NCBI RefSeq assembly: GCF_004010195.1
Contig: NC_057720.1
Location: 25,437,611 to 25,501,610, forward strand
DNA length: 64,000 nucleotides
Direction: 5' to 3'
From: Chiloscyllium plagiosum
Taxonomy: Eukaryota
In this document: positions 34,933-48,239 of the stretch, in pieces
Numbering within the stretch: position 1 is the first letter of the stretch
How the letters are laid out: each line of letters starts with the position of its first letter
Notes under the pieces: model-generated
Seen by the model: the letters and a program-made list of their open reading frames with translations, nothing else
Told to the model about the DNA's origin: nothing
The model's database searches: none
Position numbers and translations under genes: made by a program

Positions 34933-36974
34933 CATGCTGATCCTCATGTTCAGTTATCAATGCCAAAACTTGAAGTAAAATGATATTGAGGTGGCCGTGT
35001 TAAAACTTTACAGATGGACATACTGAACTTACTTCTGGAGTTTCCATATGATTTTGAACTCTCCTCCCACTCACGCCTAACCTGCCCAATCACGGTCCAT
35101 CTATTTCTGTGAAGAACAGGTGACAAAGACAATCTGGCCGGATTTTGCGATGGAAATAGAAAAGTCAGGAGTTTGCAAAAGATGAAACGTAAACATGGAA
35201 TTGATCATCCTATTGATTGACTTCGAGAAGAAAGAGATGGTCAAAAGCAAAAGTCTAAAAGAGAAAGCCTAAAGTGAATCGCAAGTTGAAATAAATACTA
35301 ACTTCACTTTCTGTGACTAGAATTCTCTCCCTTCCCAAGTATCCAATTGAAAAATAAATTTGATGCTGATGCTGAATGTTAAAACTCAGAAGTTCAGAGT
35401 TTGATCAAAATTTGATTTGCCATATTGCCACCTCTATAACTTTCAAATTTGTGACATAACCTTCAGTTGCTGGCAGTGAGTGAAAGACAAACCCCACCAA
35501 GGTCAAGTGTGAAACTAGTTCTTTGAGATTAGATGTGTCTGTGGATATTGATGTTTCTGTGGTGTTTTATAGTCGAGGACAGGCACCATCTGTCCTGCTC
35601 CTCTCACAAACCGTATACTGCTGCAAGGCTGCATTATCATGCACAAAGCTTCGCCAAAAAAAAGCAGCTCTTTACAAAGGCTGACTTTTAATCGGCATTT
35701 ACATTATCTAGTGTGATGGGAGTGAAGTATGAAAGGGAACCAACATTCATCAGACAGTGACTGAAGGTATGAATTATTACAGAGCTTCCACTATTCTGCT
35801 GTCCTCTACTTCATTTGTTAAAATGTCATTACAAAATCCCGAAAAGCTGCATTGACTTTTATTTTATTGCATCCCAATATTAGAGGTAGTCTGGCCTAGC
35901 ATTATTTAACTTGCAACTTCTTCTCCCCAGTTGTAAGTAGCATTTTTGAAATTTCCAAGGATTAATGATTTGCTACTCTATGGTGAATCAGTAGTAAATA
36001 ATATATTTAGAATTCTGAACATGTAATTACATTAATGTTCCCATAATCAACTTTGAGTTTCCTTTGTAATTTGTACTTATTTAATTGACTATTATGTGTA
36101 ATACCCTGTACTTTACTGTATCATTTTAGTTGTTCTTAGCTGTTTCCCAAGAATTGTAGCTGGGCTGAAGCCTATTAATTGTGTGAATTTGTATGAATGC
36201 ATAATTTGGATGAATTTCAATTAATATTTAAAGGGTCTTAATTGTTGTCATTAAATTGTTATCTATGTGCTGCTTTGTCCATGTTTCCTCCCCCAGTTCA
36301 TGAAGCTAAAAAACTTTTGCATAGTCACAGTGAGCAACTTAACTCTATAATGACACTCTGAGACCACAGTGGTTTAAAAGAGTGATTCTGCGATTCTCAT
36401 GGGACTGACAAAGGAAAATAGGAAATGAGAACATTAATCACAAGTTCACTGTTGCGAACCTTATTTGGCATTGTTGTAGAAAATAAGTTTACCCCTTGTT
36501 CTATTTATTTAGCTGTTTTTGTTGAGCCAATTATAGTAAGGATAGAAAAAAAATTAATATTAAGCAAGAAATTGAAGTCCTTTCAACTATGAGCTGGTTC
36601 GCTTCCTATGTGATGGATGTTCACTAAGTCAAATATTTGATCTCTTCTGTTCTAATAAAAATGGAAAATAATGAGTGATGCATGACAGCCATCAAATGCA
36701 AGCCAATTTTATATATTTAACAACTAGTTGTTTCTGATGTAGAATAATATACAGCAGAAACACAATCTATTCATCTCAAACTGTACAAGGAGATATTTAT
36801 GGTTCAGTGTGATAGCCTATTGTACTTCCTAATTGAACTTTACCATCACTTTTAGTTCCTTTTTAGTTTTTAATTGACCCTTTTAAACTTTTAATTCCCT
36901 TCTCCCTTTCCCCCTTTGTCTGGATGATTTTGGGGTGGGGGTTGCATAGTGGTTTTGGTTTGCAAGATTCAATG

Positions 36975-38290
36975 ATATACTTGACTTTGGCAAGGGAGTA
37001 CACAGCAAATGGTAAGACACTAGGAAGTACAGAGGATCAGACCAACCTTGGTGTGCATGTCCTCAGATCACAGGATGTTCGGCCCATTGAGTCTGCAACA
37101 ACCCTCCAAGGTGCAACCTACCCAGATCTCTACCCTTCCAACGTAACCTTACATTAACCATGGCTAACCTATCTAGCCTGCACATCCCTGGATACTATGG
37201 GCAATTTAGCATGGTCAATCTATTTAACCTTTGGACTGCGTGAGGAAACCGGAGCACCTGGAGGAAACCTAAGCAGACTCGGGGAGAATGTGCAAACTCC
37301 ACACAGACAGCCACCTGAGGCTGGAATCGAACCTGGGTCACTGGCACAGTAAGGCAGCTGTGCTAACCACTGAGCCACCGTGCTACCCTGGAGCGAAGCC
37401 TGAAGGAGGTTCAGAAGACATAGGGGACACTTGCCTTTACTGAATACAAAAACACAGGTTATGGGGGAGATGTATATGACGTAAGTTAGGCCACAGCTGG
37501 AACACTGCATGCAGTTCTGGTCACCCCATTGTAGGAAGGATCCAGTTGCACTGGGGAAGATACAGAAGCAATTCACCAGGATTAGATTAGATTAGATTAC
37601 AGTGTGGAAACAGGCCCTTCGGCCCAACAAGTCCACACCGACCCGCCGAAGCGAAACCCACCCATACCCCTACATTTACCCCTTGCCTAACACTACGGGC
37701 AATTTAGCATGGCCAATTCACCTGACCCTGCACATCTTTGGACTGTGGGAGGAAACCGGAGCACCCGGAGGAAACCCACGCAGACACGGGGAGAACGTGC
37801 AAACTCCACACAGTCAGTCGCCTGAGGCGGGAATTGAACCCGGGTCTCAGGCGCTGTGAGGCAGCAGTGCTAACCACTGTGCCACCGTGCCGCCCACAAG
37901 TGGTTCACTGGTCTGGAACAATTCAGCTATGAAGAAAGAATAGGCTCAGGTTGTTTTTGTTTTAGGGCAGAAAAGTGCACAAATTATGAGGGGTATAGAT
38001 AGGAAAGGTATGAATTAATGTTTGCCTTAGTGGGGGGATAGATATAAGGCAAGAGGCAAGAGGGTTAGAGGGGAGTCAAGCAAGAATTGTTTCACCTGAA
38101 CCCACTACCTGGAAGGCTGATAGAGGCAGAACCACCATACCATTTAGCAAGGAGTTAGATGAGCATGTAAAACACCCATCACACGCTAGGCTAAGGAGTA
38201 AATGCTAGAATATGGGACTAGACTAGATAGTTGTTTGATGATCAGTGCAGACACAATGGGACAAGGATCCTCTCCCTGTAAAAACCCCAT
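36975..38290 (+). mobile_element. CR1 3' relic carrying two HE1 SINEs (~37075-37390 and 37581-37895, both -)
   Basis: REYTANGKTLGSTEDQTNLGVHV and VRPQLEHCMQFWSP. The 37581-37895 SINE is a near-perfect, CpG-rich HE1. Confidence 0.85.
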
Positions 38291-39663
38291 GACTTAATCT
38301 TCCTCTGATTTTCATTAGCTTTAATTTTCACTGCAGATCTGTATTTCAACACTGAAGTCATGAACTCGGCAGAAATGAAGACAGCCAAACTCATCACTGA
38401 CCGTCTTCTTGGTGGAATCCAAATCAGAATACTCTTTATTTGCACTATTTAATGAATGAACATCTGTTTTCAGTAGCTGCTAGGCTCATGTAAAAAAAAA
38501 ACGTTTTCTGAGAAGCTTTTAGAAACAGGGAGATGTACAGCTGTCAGTCTGGGTTCTCAGTGTTTCTTGGCCTAGGTTGCCTGCTTCACCCACAAAAGGG
38601 GATGGATCCCAGTCAGCTTGTCAGGTCTGTCCACAGAAACTAACGGGAACGACAACAAGTAGTCCACTGCCCAAGGGAGAGAGACTTGGGGACCTGTTTG
38701 TCAAGATTTGGGGCTGCAGGCTAGGGGTGAAAGGGGTATGAAGGTTGGAAATGGGTGGCTGTATTTGGAAGGGGATACAGGACAGCATGGATAAGAATGG
38801 GGTAATACAAGAGGGAAGTTCAATCAGGAGCATCCTGGCTTCAGAAGTGAGTACAAGTTATCCTCGTAGCTGACATGGTCACTTCATATGTCAGGGATTG
38901 GGAAGGTGGAAAATTGGATAGACACAGGCTCATGTTGAATGGGTTGGGTGGGGATTTAGGGAGGTGCGAGCCCTTGGAAGTCAATGGCTGAAGAGTGCTC
39001 ACGGTCAGCCTTCCATTGTGCTGGAAGTTGAAAATACACAGGAGGAAGGAAAATGGCTGTGACCACATCTGCAGTGGGTGAAGTAAGAAAGGGAGACCCA
39101 ATGAAATGGGGGCTTTTAAAGGAAAAGATTGCACAGAGTTCCATCCACTGTAGAGGCCCCTAATCCCTGGCCATTCCAATACATTAATCCTCTGTTTAGT
39201 GCACAACTATCTGTCTCAGACATCCCTGACCACTCTGCTCACACCAACACTTTTGGACACAGAGGTTGGGAAAGAATATGGATAAGAATGTTGTTGGATG
39301 AGGGCAATGGTGTCGGCAGAACCCATTACCCTGTCTATGCCTTGTTTATCTTTCTTCTAGATGCTGCAGCTGGTCTGAGCACAAACATCTCTCCATAATT
39401 CACCCCATACGGACACTGAGTTAGGAATCATGCTGGCACAGTTACATTTGAGGCTACACAGAAAGACCAAGAAAAATATTACAGAAACAAGAAACTTAGC
39501 AGAAACGTGATGCTTCAAAAATGCTGCAATGCCACCTGGGCCATTAAAGTGTCCTCAACAGGTTTTTCTCTTTCTCTCCCTCCAACTACAGCTCAGTGTA
39601 CTTCCTGGTTCAACAGTCAGAGGCAAGTGGACCTTCCTCAGCTTGCGTTTGCAAGATTTGAAT

Positions 39664-40338
39664 TGAGGCAGACAAGATGGAGATCTAAGACCCCTCAAGA
39701 GGGGCCTCTTGGTTCGAGATCGGTCAAAAGAATCAACGATTGCTGTCTGTTCAAAAAGCAAGGGTCATTAGTTTACTGAATTAAGGTACCTTGACGCAAT
39801 TCTATCCAGCAACACAGAGGTTAGAACTTCTGTGTTCCGTGGTGAAGTTGTGCAATTACATTTGAAAATTGCACATTATTTACATGTTTTTTTAAGAGAT
39901 AGTACAGCCTTAATTACAAGAAAGACTAATCACATATAATAAGGTGACATGATTTACATCAAGTTAATCCAATGATATTTCCTGGGAAAGGGTTCTTAAT
40001 TCCAAGAAAAATCCAATCAACTGTAATATGATTGACAATAGGCTAATCCAATGGTATTCCTTGGAAAATAAATCTTATGTACGTAAATTGTCATGCCATG
40101 GTAGCAGTTCAAGGTTAGTTCGAATGGTCAATTAATGTGTCAGTATTCATTTTATGACAACTCTATTGTCCTCTTATCTTTGAATTACAGCTTAATTCTG
40201 CAAATCAGCAGTACAAGTTCACAGGATTCAATCACTATTTTCAGCCATCTTATAGTATTCTTTTAAATTGAAAAACCATTTTGTGGTTAGTAAAAATCTA
40301 CATATACTTGTTGCCTAAATTCAAATTTTTGATCCTCA
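39664..40338 (-). mobile_element. Possible solo LTR
   Basis: TGAGG...CCTCA inverted termini and a duplicated internal TAATCCAATG.TATT.C.TGG motif; no clear TSD. Confidence 0.4.
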
Positions 40339-40399
40339 AAAGTAGAGGTGGACGAAAGTGCTACCTTTGGAGTGGCCTAAGAGCTCTGAGGGGCTTTAG

Positions 40400-41866
40400 T
40401 ATGGTTTATTGCATTGCTGTCTCCCATTAGAATAAGCAGCTGGAGTCAATATCAAATTTCCTGCTCCCATATCACCACACCTTCAATTCTGAGGACCAAT
40501 GACTGCGCTTTTATGTGTCCTTCAGTCCAGGAGACACTGAGGGTCCTGGACCTGCTCATTAAGGAAAGCTGTCCATGGGGAAGCCAGATCGTTGTGCCAG
40601 CTGGGGTCCCTATAATATTAACTGCATTCCAGCAGCCTCTGGACAATGAGGACCTTTGTGTCTCACATACCTGTCTTCACTCCTTATCCTTCCTGTGTGT
40701 GTGTCCCCAAATCACTGACTGATGAAACCACAGGGGCCCCCTCTGCCTGGGGCTGACCAGTGGTGTCACTGTGAGGTCCTCACCAACCTATTCTCCTACA
40801 GTCTCCAGGGCAAATATTCCCAATGAGTTGTCGGTATCTAAGCTGGTGGGGATGAAGGAAACAAACTTGCTGATACTCCCTTAGAGACCTCAGTACTCTC
40901 ATCCTCAGAGATCGAGGGGGTGGCTTCTAATGGAGCAGGCTGTTTCTTTGAAAAGGTTTTGGCCATCCCGTGGGCACTTGCTAAACACAACAGAGAGAGA
41001 AGGTGTTGTAGCCAGTGGTTAGAAGTGCTGTGCAATGAATGAGACTGACCGTGGGGGTAACTGTGAGAGTTGCAGTGGAATGAGGAGTGATACTTATATA
41101 GTTAGTGAGACATGGATGTGTCAGCATCCCTGTTGGAGTGGTCCCAGTCTTCTCCTGCTAGGAGCAAGATCCTATCTTTGTAGGAGGTGAAGAGTTTGAT
41201 GTCAGACGCCACTCCACCTGAATGAGCCCTATCTGCTCTGATAGAATTTCCCTTCTCCTGAAATGAGAGAAAGGGAGCTGAAAGTAGGTGGCTTGGCTGG
41301 CAGTGCTTTTGAGCTGGTGCAGGTGGTGGAAATGTGATGGACTAATCAGAGGTAGTGAGTGGGTAAGCAGAGACCATGGAAGGTTTGTGATGTAGGAGAT
41401 CAGTGTGAGTGAGTGTGTGCGCGTCTGTGCATGTGTGTGTGTTTGTTTGTGTGTCTGTGCGTGCGTGTATGTGTGCGCGTGAGAGAGAGAGGGATGGAGG
41501 CTGTTGATGAGAGCGAGTGAGGAAAGAAATTGTAGGCAACAGTTAGAATGGCAGTGAATGAGCTTTATGGAGGTTAGGTGAAGTGGCAGAGATACAGTGT
41601 GTGTAAGGTGGCAAAGAGAAGAGTATGACCTTTCCCCTAGCAGCACAGGTAAGGTAATTGACCTTCCTGCTGCATAACTAGTGACTCCTCTGCACTGCAC
41701 TGACCTGGGTGGTGACCTCAGAACAGGCCACTGGGCTCTCCTGTCATGGCCTCCTCTGCCAGCACACTGGGAAGAGGACACAACACTTCTGTGGTGCCCC
41801 CCCACCCCCCTTCACCAGGACTTCCTGTCAGAGAAGAGGAGTGTCCATCTTCCCATTCTCTGACAT
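40400..41866 (-). pseudogene. PIF/Harbinger Myb/SANT-like accessory gene relic with intron(s)
   Basis: Exon 1 from ATG 41866, frameshifted, ends SEVTTQVSAVQRSH*LCSRKVNYLTCAAR (family pattern W.EVA..V.A..R..QCRKK.NDL). Acceptor TTTCAG at 41258; exon 2 EKGNSIRADRAHSGG..IKLFTSYKDRILLLAG (pattern EK..N.RE...TGGG..LT..EE). Confidence 0.6.
41402..41492. repeat. (TG)n/(GA)n microsatellite
   Basis: Directly visible. Confidence 0.9.
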
Positions 41867-41944
41867 CTTCCCACTGTGTCCAACCCCAAGCAGATCATCT
41901 TCAGAATGCCAGTGCCAATTTTGGCCTTTGAAATATGACGTCAG

Positions 41945-42155
41945 TCATAGAGTCATACAGCATAGAAACAGACCCTTTGACTTAAGCAGTTCATGCTGAA
42001 TGAAATCCCAAACTAAACTAATCCCACCTTCCTGCTCCTGGCTCATATCCCACCAAACGTTTCCTATTCATGTACTTATCCAGATGTCTTTTAAACATTA
42101 TAATTGCAGCCACATCCATCACTTCCTCAGGAAGTTCATTCCACACGTGAACTAC
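41945..42155 (-). mobile_element. CR1 3' end
   Basis: VWNELPEEVMD..FKRHLDKYM; tail GTCATAGAGTCATACAGC. Confidence 0.88.
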
Positions 42156-42534
42156 CTGGGTTTCCAGTGAACATCCAGTGAGCGGTGAGGTGTTTTGGAA
42201 AAGGCATGTGGCAAAATAAGGATAGAATTTGACACAAAACACAACATATGGGTAGGGTAGGTACTTAATGAGATGAGTTGAGTAAGATATGGTGAGAAAT
42301 CTTGCTTGGCTTCACAGCAAAAAAAATGTGAAAAATGAAAAAGAAGATAAGATTGAGCCTATAGTTACTAACAGTAGAATTTTGTCAGAAGACTTGGCAA
42401 CCAATTGTTCTTGTGAAGATAATTATCTCAAGGCCAACATCAAAGGAAAGTAGAATGTGAAAGGATACAAAAAACTTCAGAATGTTCCAGAGATAGGCTG
42501 GGACTAGAAAGCATGCAGAATCTTCATTTAGGAG

Positions 42535-43052
42535 CAAATGATAACACACCCAAGTGTCTGTCCTTGGCATGCTGCAGTGTTCCAGTGAATCACAGCATTA
42601 ACCAGAGGAACAACATCTCATCTTCAGACTAGGCACTTTACTGCCTTTTGGGCCTAATATTGAGTTCAACACCTTCAAATTGTGAACCAACTCTCACTTC
42701 TTCTCTCTTTTAGCTTTATGTGTTCCATTCAACATCACCATATTCTCTCTGTCCTCTCCCCCACTCCAGTGGAACTGTCTATTCTTTCCAGTCAGACAGT
42801 TAGACACACCATTGTTCTGCCATTCTCACATTCTGATCGCTTAATTTGAGCTATCAACATCTTTTCTCCCCAGCACTCTACACCCACCACCTTCACCCCT
42901 TCCAAAACTATAGAATAAATGCTGTCCCCTTCACACTTTACTTCAGCTCTGATGAAGAGTCACCTAGACACGAAACGTTAGCTTGCTGTCTCTCCATGGA
43001 TGCTATCTGACCTGCTGGGATCTCCAGCACTCGTTGTTTACAGTTCAGATTC
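42535..43052 (+). mobile_element. PLE family C 3' end
   Basis: EEQHLIFRLGTL (GIY-YIG C-terminus), then hammerhead and GATGCTATCTGACCTGCTG tail. Confidence 0.75.
42945..42983 (+). ncRNA. Minimal hammerhead ribozyme motif (family C), intact core
   Basis: AGCT CTGATGA A GAGTC ACCTA GACAC GAA ACGT T AGCT. Confidence 0.7.
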
Positions 43053-43274
43053 TTAATTTAATGTGTTGGGGAACCGGGCACAATCAGTGAGAATGGGGAA
43101 TGATAGTCTGCATGCTTAGATCCCAAATGAACTTTGATTATTAAGCACGTATGGAATAAATGCTACACAGGAGTACATTTTAAAATCCAAACCCAAATTG
43201 AGAAAAGAAAAGCGAGTGAGGGTTTCAGCAGCAGAACCGAGGTAGGGGTAGAAATGGTGATTGAAGGAAAGCTG

Positions 43275-43375
43275 TTCATTCCTGATGGAGAGCGTCTGCT
43301 CGAAATGTCGACTCTCCTGCTCCTCGGATGCTGCCAGACCAGCTGTGCTTTTCCAGCACCACACTCTTCCACTCT
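43275..43375 (+). mobile_element. PLE family A terminus with variant hammerhead (stem II GAGC/GCTC)
   Basis: ATTC CTGATGG A GAGC GTCT GCTC GAA ATGT C GACT. Confidence 0.8.
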
Positions 43376-45559
43376 AAGGGAAAGGTGAGTGATTCTGGAA
43401 ATGGAAGGGATTTGGGATTTGAAGTTCAGTTCATGCGCTTAATATTTTTACAACATTTTTAAATAGGTGCAAAACATTTCTGATTCACTGACAAACTCAA
43501 AAAAAAGCTGTGAATGAGTTTTTGTCACAAAAAAATTAGCTGAGGAATGAAATGTCACCACTTACAATGATAATATTTTTCTACAGATTCTGCCTCATTA
43601 TATGTAGGATAAATAAATGGCCACAAATTCTTTCATCTCATTGGTCATTCAGCAAATAAACTGCCACTGTGTTGTTTATGTGGAAATTATTCATTAATAT
43701 AAGGAAATCAGTCGACAAATTGGCAAACAAGTGTTAGTCGAATCATAATCATTTGTGGAAAGGTGTTCTGTTATATATACTATCAACACACTGCAGTATC
43801 CACAGGTCCCCTTTATGAAGCAGGGAATTTGTCACTATAACATATGAACCTCAGTACTTCCTATCAATCACCAACATGGAGTCCGTTGCTAGTCAATCAC
43901 AAACTGCTTATGTTTTCCCATTCTCCCTTAAGGAAACCTTCATTACCATTTTGAGAGAGGCAGAAATAAATGTGGAGCAAGTTGGAAAATGCAATTACTC
44001 AATTCCGGTTTATTCCACAAGCGGGAAATTTTCTGAAGTTCACTATTATCCTTGAATTCCCTCTGACATACTACATCAGGGTAATATACAGTGCATCATT
44101 TGCTTGCCTACAAAATCTGATACTGAATGTGTAAGAAGCTAGTATAGGCACTCAGTATTCAAGGAAAATGCTAACATTCTTTCACCTCCCTCAATACCAG
44201 ATTGACTATCGCTGAATCGTATTATAATGGATTATTCTCTCCAGCTGCTACAGATAGGTGTTATTCTCTAGACAGTAGAACAACACATTAGCCAGTCTGA
44301 ATTCACACAAAAATATATTTAAGGTGAAGTGTGTGAAGGTGTTTAGAAACTCACCTGCCACAGAACATACACTATGCGAGATGGTGCATGAGACTCCTAA
44401 GATACAATTATTTCCTTTCAATTCAACCACAGCATAGGTAGGTGAGGTGGGCATGAAGGGAGTTGCACTAATAAGGAGCCTCTTTTGAGGCTACCTCCAA
44501 CATTGCTGATTTAATGGAGAGGTTAGTGTTAGGAGATATCTGATACTGCACTGCTGTAAGCAGAAACAGGGTTACAAGATATCTTTTTACTTTATTAGTC
44601 TTAGAACTACATCTATTTAAATAAAGCAAAAACAAGCCCTATTTTCAGCACATGTAAAGAGAAAAAAACTTTTCAAACAAATGTTATAAAATAATAAAAA
44701 AAGTGCATTGATATAGTGTCTATAAAGTAACAAAGTGTCCAAGGTGCTTCACGGGGCTGGGGGGTAGCAGACAAAATTTGATGCCAAATCACATGAAGAA
44801 ATTTTAGGTCAGATGTCCAAAGTTTTGAGGGAAGAGGTAATTTAAGCAGTGATTTAAAGACAGAAAGAGAAGAACAGCGGCAGACTGATATAAGGGATTA
44901 ATTTCAGAACTTGTAAGTACTTGGTTGTTGAAGGCAGTACCAATGATTGCTCACTTGGGAACCAATCTAGATCATTGAGTACAGGGATGATACTTCAATA
45001 TGACTTGGTACATGCTAGGACACAAGGAGCAGAGGTTAGATGATTCACTCAGACTGTTAGTCAGCCAGTCAACTTTATATATTAATTTAGGTAAGCATAC
45101 ACTCCAGATTATAAGTCTGAGATGTTTTATTAGTGTACATGGTTAGTTGTTAATAAACTTCCAGATATTTGTCTCAGTACTGACTGTCTGTGATATATAC
45201 TACTGGTGCTAACAAATAGAATAAAGAATAATCAAAGGCTAATGGCTATAGATTGATGGGCAATGGGGTTGGGGAGGATGTTCAAGAATATAGAAGTGAT
45301 CTAAATGGTTCTGCTTAATGGATCAGTGGTGATGGGGAAGCATGTGGGTGACAGGCACAGGGTAGAAAGTAGAGGAGCAAGTCTGAAATATAACGCACAC
45401 TATTTGTTTCAGATCTGCTTACAAGTGCAGTTGCGTTGAAACTGCAATTTTTCATGGGAGGATGGTCAATTATGGTGTGCAAAATTGGTTGATGAAAGTA
45501 CTTACTCATAATTAGTTAAATAGATGAGAACCATGGACAAGCATGTTTTCACTCACACA

Positions 45560-46000
45560 TTCACCTGCTTAACATTATATCTTTGTTGCATTACCCATGG
45601 GTCTCATCTCCCTGTGATTCCTGCAGGGGAAGGAGAGGCAGTTACAAGGGAGAGTTTCTGCTGCTGAAGGGAATGAGGGACAGAGTTTGCGCCCCTATGA
45701 TATCACATGGGGTACAGGTGGCCATTCACAAATGCATCACAGGGATCACCAATGCCAACAATAAATTTGTTAAGACTCAATACAGACCTTGAGCTGGGCT
45801 GTGGATTCACCATAATGCCTGGATTTCCGAGGCATAAGATGCTGAGATCTCCCTGGAGTCAGCTCACAGCATTCATTAACAGAAAGAACTTTCATTTTCT
45901 GCATGTGTGGCTGGAAACATAGTCTTCAGACAGATGTATGCTGTCCAAAGGAGCTCCCAGAATTTCTATTCCTCACTCACTCTCAGGTGACCATAGCGTT
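45560..46000 (+). pseudogene. PIF/Harbinger (HARBI1-like) transposase relic
   Basis: VAIHKCITGITNA, GFTIMPGFP, LRSP..AFINRKNFHFLHV (family pattern SQ..HKCI..VT.A / F..IAGFP / FVNRKGFHSLNV). Confidence 0.6.
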
Positions 46001-47156
46001 TTGCCCTCTGAATCACTGCAGGCCTGTGTCCTGGGTGAGGGAGGGGTTGTTGTGGGATACCCATAGAAGAGGTGACTGGTGCTGGGAAGCTCCACACCTA
46101 TCAATTGGTGTGCAAGTTAATGGCTTCCACTTCAGGAAGCTGCTCCCTTGTATAGATCTTCAAGGTCCTCATATGCAGCCAACCTAATTACAGGGACCTC
46201 TACTGAGGACACCTATGCGGAACCCAAAAAGACCAGTTAAGGAGAGGTGAGAAGACACCTTGTCTCATTAAGGACAACAAAAGTGCAAATCACTGGATTG
46301 CTAATGACGAGGATCTGCTGTTTGCACCACTCAGCTAGAACACCGCAGTATGTACCAGACAGAGGTCAGCATCATTGTGGCTTGCTCTTCCCAGCACCAT
46401 GTCACACAGCAAAGGGATGGAAATTCAGAGTGGCAGAGTAACAGGATGCTTCCTATGACAAGGAGGAAGGGTAGAAGCTGTGGGTCATGAGGGAGTGAAT
46501 GCTGTGGATGCAGCAGTGAGGGTGATGGATGGACAGGCTCACAACATCCTCATTGCAACCTGGTTCTGGCTGAAAGAGTCCCTGCAGTATCTTTAAATGT
46601 GCTTCTCAGTCAAATTGGCAGTTCCAGCAAAAACACTGCCTGGATTATATTTACATTTCTGCCATCGCTGGTCTCTAAAAGGGAAAATGCTGCAGGCTTT
46701 GGTATGACCTAACTTGGAGGTCATGTGCAGTTGTGACTTTGATTGGAGTTGTATCTGACCCACTGATACATTCTCCAGCTGCTGGCAATGTCTTCTAAGA
46801 GCTCCATTATGTGGACACCTGGATTAAATGGAATGCCTCAGATACAAGTTCTGTTCAGACAGTAGCCTCTGAAGGATTTGACGTGGGTGAGATCGTATAC
46901 AATGGCTTGCTAGCTGGTTCCAAATCTTTGACTTTGCAAATAATCCGCAAGTTTTAAACCTGTAAATATCAGAAGACTCAGAGATATCATGACTGATGGT
47001 TTGACACAATAAATGGTGTATCCATTGGTCCACAAAGCAACCCTGGGTGACCATGAAGTGTAATGCCCTTTAACTCAACAGTGAGTAACATACTGATCAT
47101 ACAAGTATGTTCAGCCATGTCAAAGTTTACTGCCCCAGAGAGGGGGTGGAGGGAGG

Positions 47157-47202
47157 NNNNNNNNNNNNNNNNNNNNNNNNNNNNNNNNNNNNNNNNNNNN
47201 NN
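47157..47202. other. Assembly gap (46 N)
   Basis: Run of n. Confidence 1.
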
Positions 47203-47409
47203 AGGAAGGAGAGTATTTTTGCCACAGTCATATCTGATTTAATGGAACATTTGATTTTTGAAGCATTAAAACATTATAGGTCTTATGAGAAGAACATTCT
47301 TACCAACCAGAATTTTAAAACTCTAAACAATTTTAAAAATTCTAGCATTTTACACCTCCCCCCTCCTCTGAACGTGCAACACTCCACTCCCTCTGCACCA
47401 ATCCCTGCA

Positions 47410-47985
47410 TCACCTTCAAACCCACTGACAAAGGCGGGGCAGTGGTATTCTGGAGGACAGACTCTATTCACAGAGGCTGAACGTCAGCTTTCTGACACCA
47501 CGTCCTACCTCTCTCTTGACATGACCTCACCATGGCCATCTGGCCACCATCACTCACACTCATCACCTTTGGTGATTTACCCTCCACTGCCTCCAACCAC
47601 ATAGTCCCCATCCCCACAATGCCTAGTTCTACCTGGTCCCCAGTATCCACAAACCCAACTACCCTGGCCGACCCATTGTCTCGGCGTGCTCCTGCTCCAC
47701 CAAACTCACTTCTTCCTATCTTGACTTCATCCTCTCGCTCTTGGTCCAGACACTTACCACCTATATCCGGGACACAAACCATACCCTTCACCTCTTCAGT
47801 AACTTCCAGTTTCCCTAACCCCAGTGCTTTATCTTCACGATAGACTTGCAGTCCTTATACACGTCAATACCCCACAAGAATGGCCTCCAGGCCCTCAGCC
47901 TCTTACTCTCCCATAGACCTATCCAATCCTCTTCCATCAATACCCTCCTTCGCCTCACCAAGCTAGTCCTCACCCTCAATAATTC
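47410..47985 (+). mobile_element. PLE RT relic
   Basis: DKGGAVVFWRTD..EAERQLSDT and LYTSIPHKNGL..LVLTLNN. Confidence 0.75.
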
Positions 47986-48239
47986 AGAATTAACAAAGTC
48001 TGGTAAATAATGGAAATGTTGTAAAGACATTGGCAAGCTCAACAGCAATTTAAAATAAAACTGTATTTCTGAATACAAGAAGACTGGCTTGTGGTGTATC
48101 AGATGTCAAACAATATTGAAATTATATTGATTTAAAATCCTCTTTCACTTATATTTTTAATCGACACACGAAGAAGAAATGGGAAAATACCTAATGCTTC
48201 CCAGCAGACTTAAGATTAGAACTGGTCCTAACAGAAACT

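Noticed and set aside
41158..41805. 215-aa ORF as a host gene
   Set aside because: It runs through a (CA)n microsatellite and an intron of the Harbinger relic; low-complexity translation
46740..47050. Possible RTE LINE relics (also ~28150-28440)
   Set aside because: Only faint motif resemblance; not supportable without an alignment
47107..47604. 165-aa ORF
   Set aside because: Spans the N gap and a frameshifted PLE relic
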